DNA of 64,000 bases, taken from an uncultured Bacteroidales bacterium. GTDB lineage: Bacteria; Bacteroidota; Bacteroidia; Bacteroidales; Paludibacteraceae. Below the pieces are notes generated by a model. It saw only the letters and a program-made list of their open reading frames with translations, did no database searches and had not been told where the DNA came from. The stretch is from the NCBI GenBank assembly GCA_934725535.1, contig CAKVBV010000002.1, forward strand, positions 7,575-71,574, given 5' to 3'. Below are positions 52,395 through 62,973 of the stretch, piece after piece. The translations under genes and the position numbers were made by a program. Positions within the stretch are counted from its first letter, which is position 1, and each line of letters starts with the position of its first letter.

Positions 52395-55202
52395 ATGAAG
52401 AAACTCATTCTTAGCACATTCGTGCTGGCGTTGGGCTTGACCGCCGCAGCGCAACAACCGCAGCCGCTGCCTATTGACTCGGCTGTACGCGTAGGGCACC
52501 TCGACAACGGGTTGACCTACTACATCCGCCACAACGAGTACCCCAAACAGCGTGCCGAGTTCCATATCGCGCAGGCTGTTGGTGCTATTCTCGAAGAGGA
52601 CAACCAGAACGGTCTGGCGCACTTCCTCGAGCACATGGCATTCAACGGTACCGAGCACTTCCCCGGTAAGGGCATCATCGAGTACTTCGAGTCTATCGGT
52701 GTGAACTTCGGGGGAAACATCAATGCCTACACCTCGTTGGACGAGACGGTATATCGTCTCTCCGATGTGCCCACCTACCGCGAGGGTATTGTTGACTCGG
52801 CTCTGTTGGTAATGCACGACTGGGCGTGCGGTCTGTCGCTTCTGCCCGAGGAGATTGATGCCGAGCGTGGTGTCATTCGCGAGGAGTGGCGCACGGGTGC
52901 AGATGCCAACCGCCGTATGTGGAAAGCCATCAACCCGCTCAAGTTCCCCAACAGCCAGTATGCCAAGCGCGATGTGATTGGTGACACGGCTGTCATTAAC
53001 AACTTCGATTACGATGCTCTCCGCTCCTACTACCACAAGTGGTATGGTCCTGACAACCAGGCTATCATTGTAGTAGGCGACATCAATGTGGACACTGTGG
53101 AGGCAAAGATTAAAGCCCTGTGGGCAGACGTGCCGGCACGTGAGAACCGCGGTGAGCGTCCGCTCTACTCCGTGGACGACAACGCAGAACCTATCGTGGC
53201 TGTTGTTACCGACAAAGAGGCGCAATACACCCGCATCGAATTGGACTACAAGAAAGCCAAACTGCCTGAGGCTCTGCGTGGTACCGACGTGGACTACACG
53301 CTGTCGATGATGCACAACCTCATCTGCGGTATGCTCAACAACCGTCTGCAAGACTTGGCTATGGACCCCAATGCTTCTTTCGTAGGCGCAGGCTCTTACT
53401 ATGGCGAGTTGGTGAAAGAGAAAGATGCTTTTGTGGCTGTCTATGTATCCAAGGCAAGTCAGGAGACGCAGGCATACAAAGACCTGCTCACCCAGATGGA
53501 GAAGATACGCCGCTATGGCTTCACGCAGTCGGAACTCGACCGCGTATGGACGGAGATAGAGTCGTCCTACGAGAAGCAGTACAACGAGCGCAACTCGGTA
53601 CGCAACATCACCTACACCCGCGAGTATATCCGCAACTTCCTGGACGATGAGGTCATCCCTGGTATCGAGTGGGAGTACAAGACCCTCCCGATGCTCCGCC
53701 AGATGATTGACCTCGCCTCGCTCAACAAGATGGCAGAGTCCTTCATCACCGACGAGAACCTCATTATTGCCATCACCGCACCCGAGAAAGAGAGCGTCAA
53801 CCTGCCCTCCGAACAGCAGATACGCAGCCTGTTGGCAGAGTCCAAGACATGGGAAATAGCCGCTCCGGTAGAGGAGACAATCCGCACCACACTGGTCGAG
53901 AAAGCACCCAAGGCAGGCAAAATCAAGAAGACCGCCTACAACGAGGCTCTCGGTACTACCGAGTGGACCCTCTCCAATGGCGTGCGCGTCATCCTGAAAC
54001 CGACCACCTTCAAGCAAGACGAAATCCTGATGTCGGCTAACTCATTTGGCGGCACCTCTACCGTGTCGGAAATCAGCGACCTGCCCTCGGCACGCTTTGC
54101 TACCGACATTGTTGAGTTCTGCGGTATCGGCGACTTCAGCCTGACCGAGTTGCAAAAGGCACTCACGGGCAAGTATGTGAGCGTCAGCCCCTCTATCTCA
54201 AGCACCACCGAGTCTATGGACGGTAGTTCCAATATCAAAGACCTCGAGACCATGCTCCAACTCAACTATCTCTATTTCACGGCACCCCGTCGCGACGAGA
54301 AAGCATTTGAGGCACTCAAAGGCATCATGGCTACCCAACTCAAGAACAAAGAGGCGAACCCCAAATATGCGTGGAGCGACTCTATCAGCCTGATGGCAAC
54401 CAACTACTCGCCGCGTACCATTCTGCAAGACGAGAAGATGCTCGAGGCGATAGATATGGACAAGGCGATTACATTCTACAAGAAGCGTTTCGCTAATCCT
54501 GCAGACTTCACGTTCTTCTTCACCGGCAACATCGACCCTGCCGACCCTGCGTTCCAGAAGATGGTATGCACATGGATAGGCGGCATGAAGACCAACAAGA
54601 AACATGAGTCGTTTGTGGACAACAACGTGCGTGCACCGCAAGGCATTCAGAAGAACTACTTCACACGCCCCATGCACACCCGTACGGCGTCTAACTTTAT
54701 CCAATACACTTCGTATGACATCCCTTATACAATGGAGAATATGCTCAATCTGCGTATGATTGGCCGTATCCTCAGCACACGCTATCTGGAGTCTATCCGT
54801 GAGCGCGAGGGTGGTTCGTATGGTGTAGGTGTGGCCGGTCGCCTGTACAGGAACCCCGTGGCAGAGGCTGAGTTGCTGATGCAGTTCGACACCGACCCCG
54901 AGAAGCAGGAGAAACTGATGGCTATCATTCATGAAGAGGTACAGACCATCATCGACAATGGTCCTCTGGCTACCGACCTTGGCAAGGAGAAAGAGTCCAT
55001 GCTCAAGGATTATGACGAGAACCTCGAGAAGAACAGCTATTGGCTCAACACCATTCTCTATCGCTACTACATCTATGGCGAGAACTACCTCACCGACTAC
55101 CCCGCAGCAGTACGTGCCCTGTCGGCAGAGTCCGTACAGGCAATGTTACGCAAACTTGTCAGTGCAGGCAATATGTTCGAGGTGGTAATGCTGCCCGAAT
55201 AA
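52395..55202 (+). CDS. M16 family (insulinase/pitrilysin-like) zinc peptidase, two-lobed
   Basis: Signal peptide, HFLEHMAFNGT (HxxEH). At 935 aa it is consistent with a tandem M16 active/inactive pair. Confidence 0.9.
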   Translation: MKKLILSTFVLALGLTAAAQQPQPLPIDSAVRVGHLDNGLTYYIRHNEYPKQRAEFHIAQAVGAILEEDNQNGLAHFLEHMAFNGTEHFPGKGIIEYFESIGVNFGGNINAYTSLDETVYRLSDVPTYREGIVDSALLVMHDWACGLSLLPEEIDAERGVIREEWRTGADANRRMWKAINPLKFPNSQYAKRDVIGDTAVINNFDYDALRSYYHKWYGPDNQAIIVVGDINVDTVEAKIKALWADVPARENRGERPLYSVDDNAEPIVAVVTDKEAQYTRIELDYKKAKLPEALRGTDVDYTLSMMHNLICGMLNNRLQDLAMDPNASFVGAGSYYGELVKEKDAFVAVYVSKASQETQAYKDLLTQMEKIRRYGFTQSELDRVWTEIESSYEKQYNERNSVRNITYTREYIRNFLDDEVIPGIEWEYKTLPMLRQMIDLASLNKMAESFITDENLIIAITAPEKESVNLPSEQQIRSLLAESKTWEIAAPVEETIRTTLVEKAPKAGKIKKTAYNEALGTTEWTLSNGVRVILKPTTFKQDEILMSANSFGGTSTVSEISDLPSARFATDIVEFCGIGDFSLTELQKALTGKYVSVSPSISSTTESMDGSSNIKDLETMLQLNYLYFTAPRRDEKAFEALKGIMATQLKNKEANPKYAWSDSISLMATNYSPRTILQDEKMLEAIDMDKAITFYKKRFANPADFTFFFTGNIDPADPAFQKMVCTWIGGMKTNKKHESFVDNNVRAPQGIQKNYFTRPMHTRTASNFIQYTSYDIPYTMENMLNLRMIGRILSTRYLESIREREGGSYGVGVAGRLYRNPVAEAELLMQFDTDPEKQEKLMAIIHEEVQTIIDNGPLATDLGKEKESMLKDYDENLEKNSYWLNTILYRYYIYGENYLTDYPAAVRALSAESVQAMLRKLVSAGNMFEVVMLPE

Positions 55203-55316
55203 GATATACGTATCTGTATAGAAACAGCAACGCCCGCTGCCATGTGAGATAGCAGCGGGCGTATTTTATGAGCAATTATGGTTAACGGCTCCTTGGGATA
55301 AGTTACCTCTCTGTTC

Positions 55317-57353
55317 TTATTCTGCTTTGAGGCGGATGGCGAAGCCGCCGCCGGAAGCGAGGCGGAGGGTGAGGGGGGCGGAGGTAGCGGTTATTTGGAG
55401 GGTATCAATCACCGTTGCATAGGGATTGGTCTGCCAGTCGGCATCGGGAGCATCATGATAGATTTGCGCCGTATAGACTTTGTCGGTATGCGCTGTGTCT
55501 CTGTTCGGCGAGGTGGTCTCTACATTCTCATCAAAGAGGAACGACCAGTCGAGGGTGATGTCGCGAGGGGTGTCGTCATTGACGGCACCGATGTACCAGT
55601 CGGCAGAGCGGCGGTCTTGGCGTGCCATAACGAGGTATTTGCCTATCTCGCCCGAAAGCAAGCGGGACTGCTCCCAGTCGCACGGCACATCGCGAATGAA
55701 TTGGAACTCCGCAGGGTGCTTCATATAGTTCTCGGGCAGGTCGCACGCCATCTGGAGCGGCGAGTACATAGTAACAAAGAGCCCGAGTTGGTTAGCCAGC
55801 GTAGCATGTACGCGGGTGTTCGGCTGCACGGGGTTGTCGAAATTGAACACACCCGGGGTGTAGTCAGCAGAACCGGCAAGCATACGCGTAAAAGGCAGCG
55901 TAGCCACATGGGAAGCGGGGCTTCCACCGTCTGCACTCCATGCGTTCCACTCCTGCCCGCGGATACCCTCCTGCGTGAAGAAATTGGGGTATGTACGGCA
56001 GAGACCGGTAGGCATCACGGGTTCATGGTTGTCGATGCAGACATGGTGGCGAGCCGCGGTCTCGATGACGCGGCGATAGTGGCGTACGCCCGACTGCGAG
56101 CGGTTGTACTGCTTGCCGTCCACGGTGGTGATGATGGGGCTGACATAGCCCGTCTTGACCGAGTGCATACCGTAATGCTCCATATAGTTGTACGCCTCGT
56201 CCAGTTCGCTCTCATACTGGGCTGCGTTGCCCTGTGTCTCATGGTGGAAGACAATCTCCACACCGCGGCTGTGGGCATATTTTGCCAAATAATCGATGTC
56301 GTAGTCGGAATAGGGTTTGACAAAAGAGAACTTAGCATCAGGGTCGGTGCCGTCCCATGCTTCCCAGCCTTCGTTCCATCCCTCGGCGAGGACACCACCG
56401 AAGCCGTTGTCGGCAGCGAAATCGATGTAGCGTTTCATATTCGCCGTGGTGGCGCCATGGATGGGACCTTGTTTCCACGTCATCGTCTTGAGGTGCATAC
56501 CCCACCATATACCGATGAACTTCATTGGGTGAATCCACGAGGTGTCTTCGATACGGCAGGGTTCGTTGAGGTTGAGCATGAGGCGCGAGGCAAGCAGTCC
56601 GCGCAGGTCATCGGCGATGACCATCATACGCCACGGGGTCTGCCATACGCCTGACTCATACGCCGCTACGCCGTTCTGCCACGGAGTAAGGTAGGTGCGG
56701 ATGGTATTGCCCGCATAGTAGAAGTTCTCGGCAGGGTAGTCGGTGAGGTTGGCTTCGTGGAGGAAACCGTAACCGCCCTCGGCAAACTCGAGCGTAATGG
56801 GCGAGCAGGTGGTGTCTTTCTGCGAGACGGGTTCGCGTGTCCAAAGGGCTTCGTAGTACTCGGTGCGCCACGGGATAGACCACGCCTGCGGTTCGCGGAC
56901 GAAACGGTACTCGGTTTTCTCGTCCATAACGACCATACTGTCGGTGTTGGACGGGAACATATAGCGGAAAGCGAAACCGTCGTCAAAAGCACGGAAGACG
57001 ATGTCCATCCGGGTTCCCGACTCGTGCTGCAGGTGAGCGGTCAGTTGGCGGTAGCGGTTGCGAATGAAACGTTCTTCGCCCCAGACGGTCTCCCACGTCT
57101 CATCGAAAGAGGCGGTGTCCGTGCCGAGAAGGGTAAAACCGCGACTGAGGTCTTTGTCCGCCAGCACCAGTCCGAGAGCCGACCAGTCGAGCATCGGGGT
57201 ACCCTTGCGCGAGAGACAGTACTCGGGGATGCCGTTGTCAGCGAGACGGAAGGAAATTTGTAAGTTGTCGCCGGGGGACGACACCGTGGTTTTCTGTTGG
57301 CAGGCAGTCAGCGCGAGTGCCGCTAATACTATACATCCTAAAAGTTTCTTCAT
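55317..57353 (-). CDS. Glycoside hydrolase family 97 alpha-glucosidase (SusB-like) lipoprotein
   Basis: Lipobox LTACQQ. FDETWETVWGEE, TPWRMMVIADD...LNLNEPCRI and RYIDFAADNGFGGVLAEGWNEGWEAW closely recall B. thetaiotaomicron SusB. Confidence 0.9.
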   Translation of the reverse strand: MKKLLGCIVLAALALTACQQKTTVSSPGDNLQISFRLADNGIPEYCLSRKGTPMLDWSALGLVLADKDLSRGFTLLGTDTASFDETWETVWGEERFIRNRYRQLTAHLQHESGTRMDIVFRAFDDGFAFRYMFPSNTDSMVVMDEKTEYRFVREPQAWSIPWRTEYYEALWTREPVSQKDTTCSPITLEFAEGGYGFLHEANLTDYPAENFYYAGNTIRTYLTPWQNGVAAYESGVWQTPWRMMVIADDLRGLLASRLMLNLNEPCRIEDTSWIHPMKFIGIWWGMHLKTMTWKQGPIHGATTANMKRYIDFAADNGFGGVLAEGWNEGWEAWDGTDPDAKFSFVKPYSDYDIDYLAKYAHSRGVEIVFHHETQGNAAQYESELDEAYNYMEHYGMHSVKTGYVSPIITTVDGKQYNRSQSGVRHYRRVIETAARHHVCIDNHEPVMPTGLCRTYPNFFTQEGIRGQEWNAWSADGGSPASHVATLPFTRMLAGSADYTPGVFNFDNPVQPNTRVHATLANQLGLFVTMYSPLQMACDLPENYMKHPAEFQFIRDVPCDWEQSRLLSGEIGKYLVMARQDRRSADWYIGAVNDDTPRDITLDWSFLFDENVETTSPNRDTAHTDKVYTAQIYHDAPDADWQTNPYATVIDTLQITATSAPLTLRLASGGGFAIRLKAE

Positions 57354-57421
57354 TTGTATATTCTGTTGTTTCCGTTAAGTGATTCTTTCTCCATTAGATG
57401 GGTCTTTGTCTCCACTAAAGA

Positions 57422-57532
57422 CCATTAAAAAGCCATTAAAACATTATCGGGCAGGTTCTCCGTTAATTGCCGTTAATGGACCGTTAATGGATTGTCTATG
57501 CCTTGCGCATCCCTTGCTTATCCCTTGCTGAA
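57422..57532 (+). repeat. Mosaic of short 10-11 bp tandem repeats (ccattaaaaRS x2, ccgttaatKg x3, cccttgcNNat x3) upstream of the GH97 gene
   Basis: Read directly. Nearly the whole GH97 upstream spacer is built from phased short repeats. Confidence 0.8.
57501..57532 (+). repeat. Left copy of a 32-bp perfect inverted repeat
   Basis: ccttgcgcatcccttgcttatcccttgctgaa is the exact reverse complement of 62974-63005. Confidence 0.95.
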
Positions 57533-57596
57533 ACTGTGCTGAAAGCAACGGTCAAAGTACGATATGGGTACGGCGTGGTCAGCACAATCAACCGAT

Positions 57597-57651
57597 TATC
57601 TACCGTGTATCTACCGTATATCTACCGTGTATGTACCGTAAAAATACCGTA
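57597..57651 (+). repeat. 11-bp tandem array tatctaccgtg x5 (degenerating)
   Basis: tatctaccgtg, tatctaccgta, tatctaccgtg, tatgtaccgta, aaaataccgta, immediately downstream of the susD stop. Confidence 0.9.
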
Positions 57652-57676
57652 GTTGCCGGCGTGAGGTCGGCGGGGG

Positions 57677-59542
57677 TTAGATAGAGGGGTAGCCGGTGGA
57701 TTGCTGCATATTCTTGTTGCGCTCGAGTTCGAGTTGCGGGATAGGCTGCACGTAACTCTCGTCGCCTTTCCATGTGATAGGTCCGTGGGAGGTCTTCTCA
57801 TAGTACGCCGCCTCGTCGGCACCGATACGGTAGCGGCGCAGGTCGAACCACCATTGCCCTTCGGCAAAGAGTTCCGCCCAACGCTCATAACGGAGCGGGT
57901 TGTTTGCCAGCGGGTCGGTATCGAAATACGCGCGAGTGCGGTCGGAAAGCGAAGTATAATCGTAGGGGCAAGCCGCATCGGGATTGTAGCCATAGGCACG
58001 GCGGTGCACCTTGTTGACATACTCGAGGGCGGTAGCGGGAGCCTCGTCAGCCATCAGTTCGGCATAGAGCAGATAGATGTCCGCAAGGCGAATGATGTAG
58101 AAATTGCAGTTGGAGGATTCGTTCCAGCCATATTCTCCGCTTCCCATCTCAGTGCCGCGGATATTGGTATATTTGCGGTGCTGCCATGCGAGACGGTCGG
58201 GACGATCGGTGATTTCGGAGGAACGGTTGTAGAGCGTGGTGCGCCCCTTGCCATCAATATACTCATCTACAAAAGGTTGCCCTGCATTGAGGATAAGACG
58301 CGGATCCACCTTCGTGGGGTCGTTTTTGAGGGCAAGCGCGTCGGCACGATAGTTGGGTTGGGAGAGCATATAAGGGAAGTTGTCCAAGGTGTAGTCGCGC
58401 TTCTTGGGGTTGTGTTTGTAGTTCGGATTGAGCGTGAGACGCGGAACAGTGTCGCCATAGAAGTTCCAAAAGCCGAAACGAGCGATATTGCGGTCGTGGA
58501 CATAATTATTTCCCCACTGTGAGGATTTGTCGGCAATGTTGACATCGTAACGCTGTGTCAACGGGTCGGGTGCCAAAGTATCGAACTTGAACGTCAGTTT
58601 GACATACCACGGGGCGAAGACCATCGGCATACCCGAGCCTGTGGTGTAGTTTGCCCACGGACCGTCCTGCTTGGAGTTGCTGGTCATGGTGAGTTCGTAG
58701 AGCGACTCGGCATTGTGCTCGTTGGCTTCGTTGCCAAAGAACATATCCTTGTATATCTCGTTGCTGACCAGATGTTTACCGCTATTGTTGATAATATCTT
58801 CGAGGAGGGCTTTGGTCTTGTCGCGGTTCTCGGGGAAGATATAGAGCGATTGCATATAGATTTTGGCAAGCAGACCTTTGGCAGCCCATTCGGTAGCGCG
58901 GAACTCGTCCTCGGTATGCCCCTTGAGGAGTTCGACAGCCTTGTTGCAGTCGTCAATCATAAACTGCCACGTGTCGCGCACCGTCTCGCGGCTGAGTTTC
59001 AAGCCCTCGACATCGGAGATGACGCGGTCGATTTTGGCAAAGCCGAGTCCGTCTGGGTCAAGTTCGAAGAAAATCTGCGCATGCCAGTACGCCAAGGCAC
59101 GGTTGAAATAGCACTGCCCGAGGTAGTAGTCGAGGGTAGCGTTCTCATCAGTCTTGCCGTAATGCTCGCGGTAGAACTCGATGCCCTCAAGACCCGTGGA
59201 CGCCAGTTTCATCCACTTGCAGAGGTCGGTGTAGGTGGTGGTGAGATAGCGCGAGTCGATGCTGGAGTAGTTGTCCTGCGAGAAAGCGCGCTCGTCGTAG
59301 GAGCCGTAGAGGTCGGTGGTATGGTCGTAGAGCCACACGCCCATCGGGAACCAGTAGAAAGCGTAGGTACCGATAGCGTGGTCTTGGGCATACGCCGCCG
59401 TGACCAACTGGTCCACCTGCTCCATCGTGGCAGGGAAATTGTCGGTGCTAAGCGTCTGCGGGTTGGATATATCGAAGAAATCCTTGCAACCGGCAAGAGT
59501 AGCGGCGGCTATGAGAAGGATGGCTATGAGTTGCTTTTTCAT
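57677..59542 (-). CDS. susD: SusD/RagB family nutrient-binding outer membrane lipoprotein
   Basis: Lipobox LAGCKD. 621 aa with TPR-like helical SusD features, located directly downstream of susC. Confidence 0.9.
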   Translation of the reverse strand: MKKQLIAILLIAAATLAGCKDFFDISNPQTLSTDNFPATMEQVDQLVTAAYAQDHAIGTYAFYWFPMGVWLYDHTTDLYGSYDERAFSQDNYSSIDSRYLTTTYTDLCKWMKLASTGLEGIEFYREHYGKTDENATLDYYLGQCYFNRALAYWHAQIFFELDPDGLGFAKIDRVISDVEGLKLSRETVRDTWQFMIDDCNKAVELLKGHTEDEFRATEWAAKGLLAKIYMQSLYIFPENRDKTKALLEDIINNSGKHLVSNEIYKDMFFGNEANEHNAESLYELTMTSNSKQDGPWANYTTGSGMPMVFAPWYVKLTFKFDTLAPDPLTQRYDVNIADKSSQWGNNYVHDRNIARFGFWNFYGDTVPRLTLNPNYKHNPKKRDYTLDNFPYMLSQPNYRADALALKNDPTKVDPRLILNAGQPFVDEYIDGKGRTTLYNRSSEITDRPDRLAWQHRKYTNIRGTEMGSGEYGWNESSNCNFYIIRLADIYLLYAELMADEAPATALEYVNKVHRRAYGYNPDAACPYDYTSLSDRTRAYFDTDPLANNPLRYERWAELFAEGQWWFDLRRYRIGADEAAYYEKTSHGPITWKGDESYVQPIPQLELERNKNMQQSTGYPSI

Positions 59543-59562
59543 TTTGCTTGATTTTAGGGGTT

Positions 59563-59630
59563 CTAGTTGTTCTAGTCAATCTAGTTGTTCTAGTTAATCT
59601 AGTTGTTCTAGTTAATCTAGTTGTTCTAGG
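59563..59630 (+). repeat. 18-bp tandem repeat ctagttgttctagttaat, 3.8 copies, in the susC-susD spacer
   Basis: Units at 59563, 59581, 59599 and 59617 (partial). They occupy 68 of the 101 intergenic nt. Confidence 0.9.
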
Positions 59631-59643
59631 GTATCTTAGGTTT

Positions 59644-62600
59644 TTAGAAGGTTACGTCCAAGCCGAAGGAGAATAGGCGGGATGGGAGGTAACGGTTCTG
59701 GGTGTCCACGTTGTACATCAGGCTGTTGCCGCCGATCTCGGGGTCGATACCCGAGTACTTGGTGATAGTGAACAAGTTCTGTGCCGAGAAATAGATACGC
59801 AGTTTCTCCATTTTCGCCTTGCGGCTGTATTTCTGCGGGAGGGTATAACCAAACGACAGGTTCTTGAGTTTCAGGTAGTCGCCTTTCTCCACGAGATAAC
59901 CCGACACGGTGGAGTAGTTCTTGTTGGCAGCACCGTCGCCGATGACCGAACCGCTCTCGTCGAGATAACCTACACGCGGGTCGGAAGTAACGGTGGTATT
60001 GTCCTTACCGAAGCACGAGGTATTGAAGATAGCCGCTGTGGTGTTGTCGGACATAAACATGTGGGTGTAGGGTTTGACAAGGTTCATGATGTCGAAGCCA
60101 AAGGCACCGTTGAACACCAACGCGAGGTCGAAGCCCTTGTAGGCAAACGACATATTGATACCCATCGTCATCTTCGGCCACGGATTGCCGATATACTTAC
60201 GGCTGGCGGCAGTAACGCGCCCTTGCCCGTTGTCGCTGTAGATGAGGTCGCCCACACCCGTGTTCTGACGCTGGTAGTAGATACCTATCTCCTTGCCTTC
60301 GACATTGAGCGGCTGCCCGTTCTCGGCAAAGCCGTAGGGGTGGTTGGGGTTCTGCTCACGCCATTTGTCAAGGGCGTACTGGTTGTATTCATCCACCTGC
60401 TCCTGCGTTTGGAAGATACCGAGTACCTCATAGCCGTAGAATAGCGACATCGGGTTGCCGTCCTCGGTGCGGGTCAGGAGCGGCCACGATGCGTCTGCGC
60501 CTTTGTCGATAGTGGATGCGCCCGGCTTGTCGCCCACCTGCTTGACAAGGTTTTGGTTGAACGACATATTCACGCCGATGCTGTATTGAAAGTCCGACTT
60601 GCGGTCCTGCCACCGGATGCTTACCTCGTGTCCTTGGTTCTCCACCAAGCCCGCATTGAAATAGACGGGTACGGTGTTGGCGGGGTCGTCGGACGAGAAA
60701 TAGTAACTCATGCCGCTCGTGAGGCAGAGCGCACCGCGGTAGAGCATATCGCGCGTCTGGCGGTTATAGTAGTCGTAGGTAAGGGTCAGACGGTTGTTGA
60801 AGAAACCGAGGTCGATACCGGCGTCCACCTGGTTCACTTCCTCCCACTTGAGGTCTTCGTTGCCGAGGATAGCAATCCATGCACCCGTCTGCCCAATCTC
60901 GCCGTTGTCGAAAGCGTGCGACACACCCGACATCGAATAGGTGGACTGGTACATATACTGCGGGATATTGTCATTACCGAGGATACCCCACGAAGCACGT
61001 ATCTTCGCATTGGAGAGCCAGTCGGCAGCACTCGTTTCCTTGATGAAGTTCTCCTCGCTCATACGCCACCCCGCGTTCACCGAGGGGAAGAAGCCCCAGC
61101 GGTTCTTCTTGACAAAACGGTCGGACGCATCGGCACGGAAATTGACCGCGAGGAGGTATTTGCTCTTGTAGTCGTAGTTCAAACGGGCAAACGCCGAGCC
61201 GCGACGCTCCTGCGGGATAGCATCGGAAGCATCTTTGGTAGCCCCCGCCGAACCCAGTGCAATAGACGAAGCCACAGGAATGGGGAAACCGTAGGTGCTG
61301 ACCGAGAGGTCGTAGCCGTCGTATTTCCACCACTCGGTACCAACCATCGCCTTAAAGCCGTGGTCGCCCCAACGCTCATCGTAGGTCAGCACGGAGTTGA
61401 ACATCAGTTTGAGGTTGGTGCCCGACTTGGAATCCAACTGACCGCCGTCCACGCCCACCTGTACGGGACCGAAGTCCATATACTCGGTGAAATAGCGTTT
61501 GGAGTACGCACCCAGCGCCGCCGAACCCGTGGTACGCCATGTGAGCCCCTTAACGAACTCCACATTCAAGTAGGCTTGGGCATTGACGTAGTAGTTGTTG
61601 TCCTGAATATCGTGGTATGCGGCTTCGAGACCGGCAAAGTTCGGACCCGAACCGACCGAAGTGGGAGTCTGTGCGTAGTCGCCGTTCTCATCTTTCACTT
61701 CTGCCACCGGCACGGTACGGAAAGGCACCGTATGGTTGTATATCGACGAATTGGTCGAGGGATTGGTCTGCGTCATCGCGCCATACACCGACTCGCCTAT
61801 CGAAACATGCTTGCCCAGTTTGTGGTCGAGGTTGGTACGGAACGAATAGCGTCGTGCACGCGTATCCATATAGGTACCTTTCTCGTCAAGGAAACCGAGA
61901 GACATAAACATCTTGGTTTTCTCCGTGCCGCCACTGACCGACACGTTGTATTCCTGCTCGATACCCGTACCGAACATCACTTTCATCCAGTCGGTATTCG
62001 GCAGTTCGCTTGCGCTCGTTGCGCCTAATAACTCAAGCGTATTGCCCGTACCCCATGCGTCACGGGCACGAATCCAGTCCTCGGTACCGAGAAGTTGGAT
62101 ATTCGAATTGATATTGCGCCAACCCACACGGGCATTCACGTCCACCTGTGTGCGCTCGGCGCGACCTTTCTTGGTAGTAATAAGAATGACACCACCCGCA
62201 GCCTGCGAACCGTAGATAGCCGCAGAGCCTGCATCTTTGAGCACCTCGATAGACTCCACATCGCGCATATTGAAGTTGAAGCCTGCATCCTGCGCCACAC
62301 CGTCCACCACGTAGAGCGGAGCCATTCCGTTGAGCGACCCCGCACCGCGAATCATAATCTCGGCTGCCTCACCCGGCGAACCGCTACCCTTGGTAACCGT
62401 TACACCCGCAGCCAACCCCTGGAGCGACTCGGCAAGCGACTTGGAGGAGAAATCGGCAATCTCTTTGGACGACACCGACGAGATACTGCCCGTTACGTCG
62501 CTGCGCTTCTGCGTACCGTAACCAATCACCACCACGTCGTCCAGCACCTCCACATCTTCCAGCAGAGTAACGTTGTAAACCGACTGCCCGGCAGTAACCT

Positions 62601-62847
62601 TGATGTTCTGCGACTTAAAACCGACATACGACACCACCACCTGTTTGCCTGCGGCAACGTCCAGCGAGTAGTGTCCGTCGAGGTCGGTAATCGTACCGTT
62701 GCTTGTGCCGGCTTCGGCTATACTGGCACCGATAACAGGCTCGCCCTTCGAGTCCGTTACCACACCTTCTATCGGCATTGCCTGCAACGCCACCGCCGCA
62801 GCCAGACCTGCCATACACAAAAATACTCTATGAAAGATGTGCTTCAT
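59644..62847 (-). CDS. susC: SusC/RagA family TonB-linked outer membrane protein
   Basis: Signal peptide, carboxypeptidase-regulatory-like N-domain (GVVTDSKGEPVIGASI), plug (VVVIGYGTQKRSDVTGS), a barrel of about 900 aa, and a terminal F. Confidence 0.95.
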   Translation of the reverse strand: MKHIFHRVFLCMAGLAAAVALQAMPIEGVVTDSKGEPVIGASIAEAGTSNGTITDLDGHYSLDVAAGKQVVVSYVGFKSQNIKVTAGQSVYNVTLLEDVEVLDDVVVIGYGTQKRSDVTGSISSVSSKEIADFSSKSLAESLQGLAAGVTVTKGSGSPGEAAEIMIRGAGSLNGMAPLYVVDGVAQDAGFNFNMRDVESIEVLKDAGSAAIYGSQAAGGVILITTKKGRAERTQVDVNARVGWRNINSNIQLLGTEDWIRARDAWGTGNTLELLGATSASELPNTDWMKVMFGTGIEQEYNVSVSGGTEKTKMFMSLGFLDEKGTYMDTRARRYSFRTNLDHKLGKHVSIGESVYGAMTQTNPSTNSSIYNHTVPFRTVPVAEVKDENGDYAQTPTSVGSGPNFAGLEAAYHDIQDNNYYVNAQAYLNVEFVKGLTWRTTGSAALGAYSKRYFTEYMDFGPVQVGVDGGQLDSKSGTNLKLMFNSVLTYDERWGDHGFKAMVGTEWWKYDGYDLSVSTYGFPIPVASSIALGSAGATKDASDAIPQERRGSAFARLNYDYKSKYLLAVNFRADASDRFVKKNRWGFFPSVNAGWRMSEENFIKETSAADWLSNAKIRASWGILGNDNIPQYMYQSTYSMSGVSHAFDNGEIGQTGAWIAILGNEDLKWEEVNQVDAGIDLGFFNNRLTLTYDYYNRQTRDMLYRGALCLTSGMSYYFSSDDPANTVPVYFNAGLVENQGHEVSIRWQDRKSDFQYSIGVNMSFNQNLVKQVGDKPGASTIDKGADASWPLLTRTEDGNPMSLFYGYEVLGIFQTQEQVDEYNQYALDKWREQNPNHPYGFAENGQPLNVEGKEIGIYYQRQNTGVGDLIYSDNGQGRVTAASRKYIGNPWPKMTMGINMSFAYKGFDLALVFNGAFGFDIMNLVKPYTHMFMSDNTTAAIFNTSCFGKDNTTVTSDPRVGYLDESGSVIGDGAANKNYSTVSGYLVEKGDYLKLKNLSFGYTLPQKYSRKAKMEKLRIYFSAQNLFTITKYSGIDPEIGGNSLMYNVDTQNRYLPSRLFSFGLDVTF

Positions 62848-62973
62848 ACGTGTATCTATATAAGGTTCGTTGATTAAAAATAGTTCTACAATATATTTTT
62901 CCCTACCCGTCCGAAATCACGTCCTAACCCTCTCGTGTCTTTCCCGAGTCTTCATCGGGTTATTAACGGGTTG

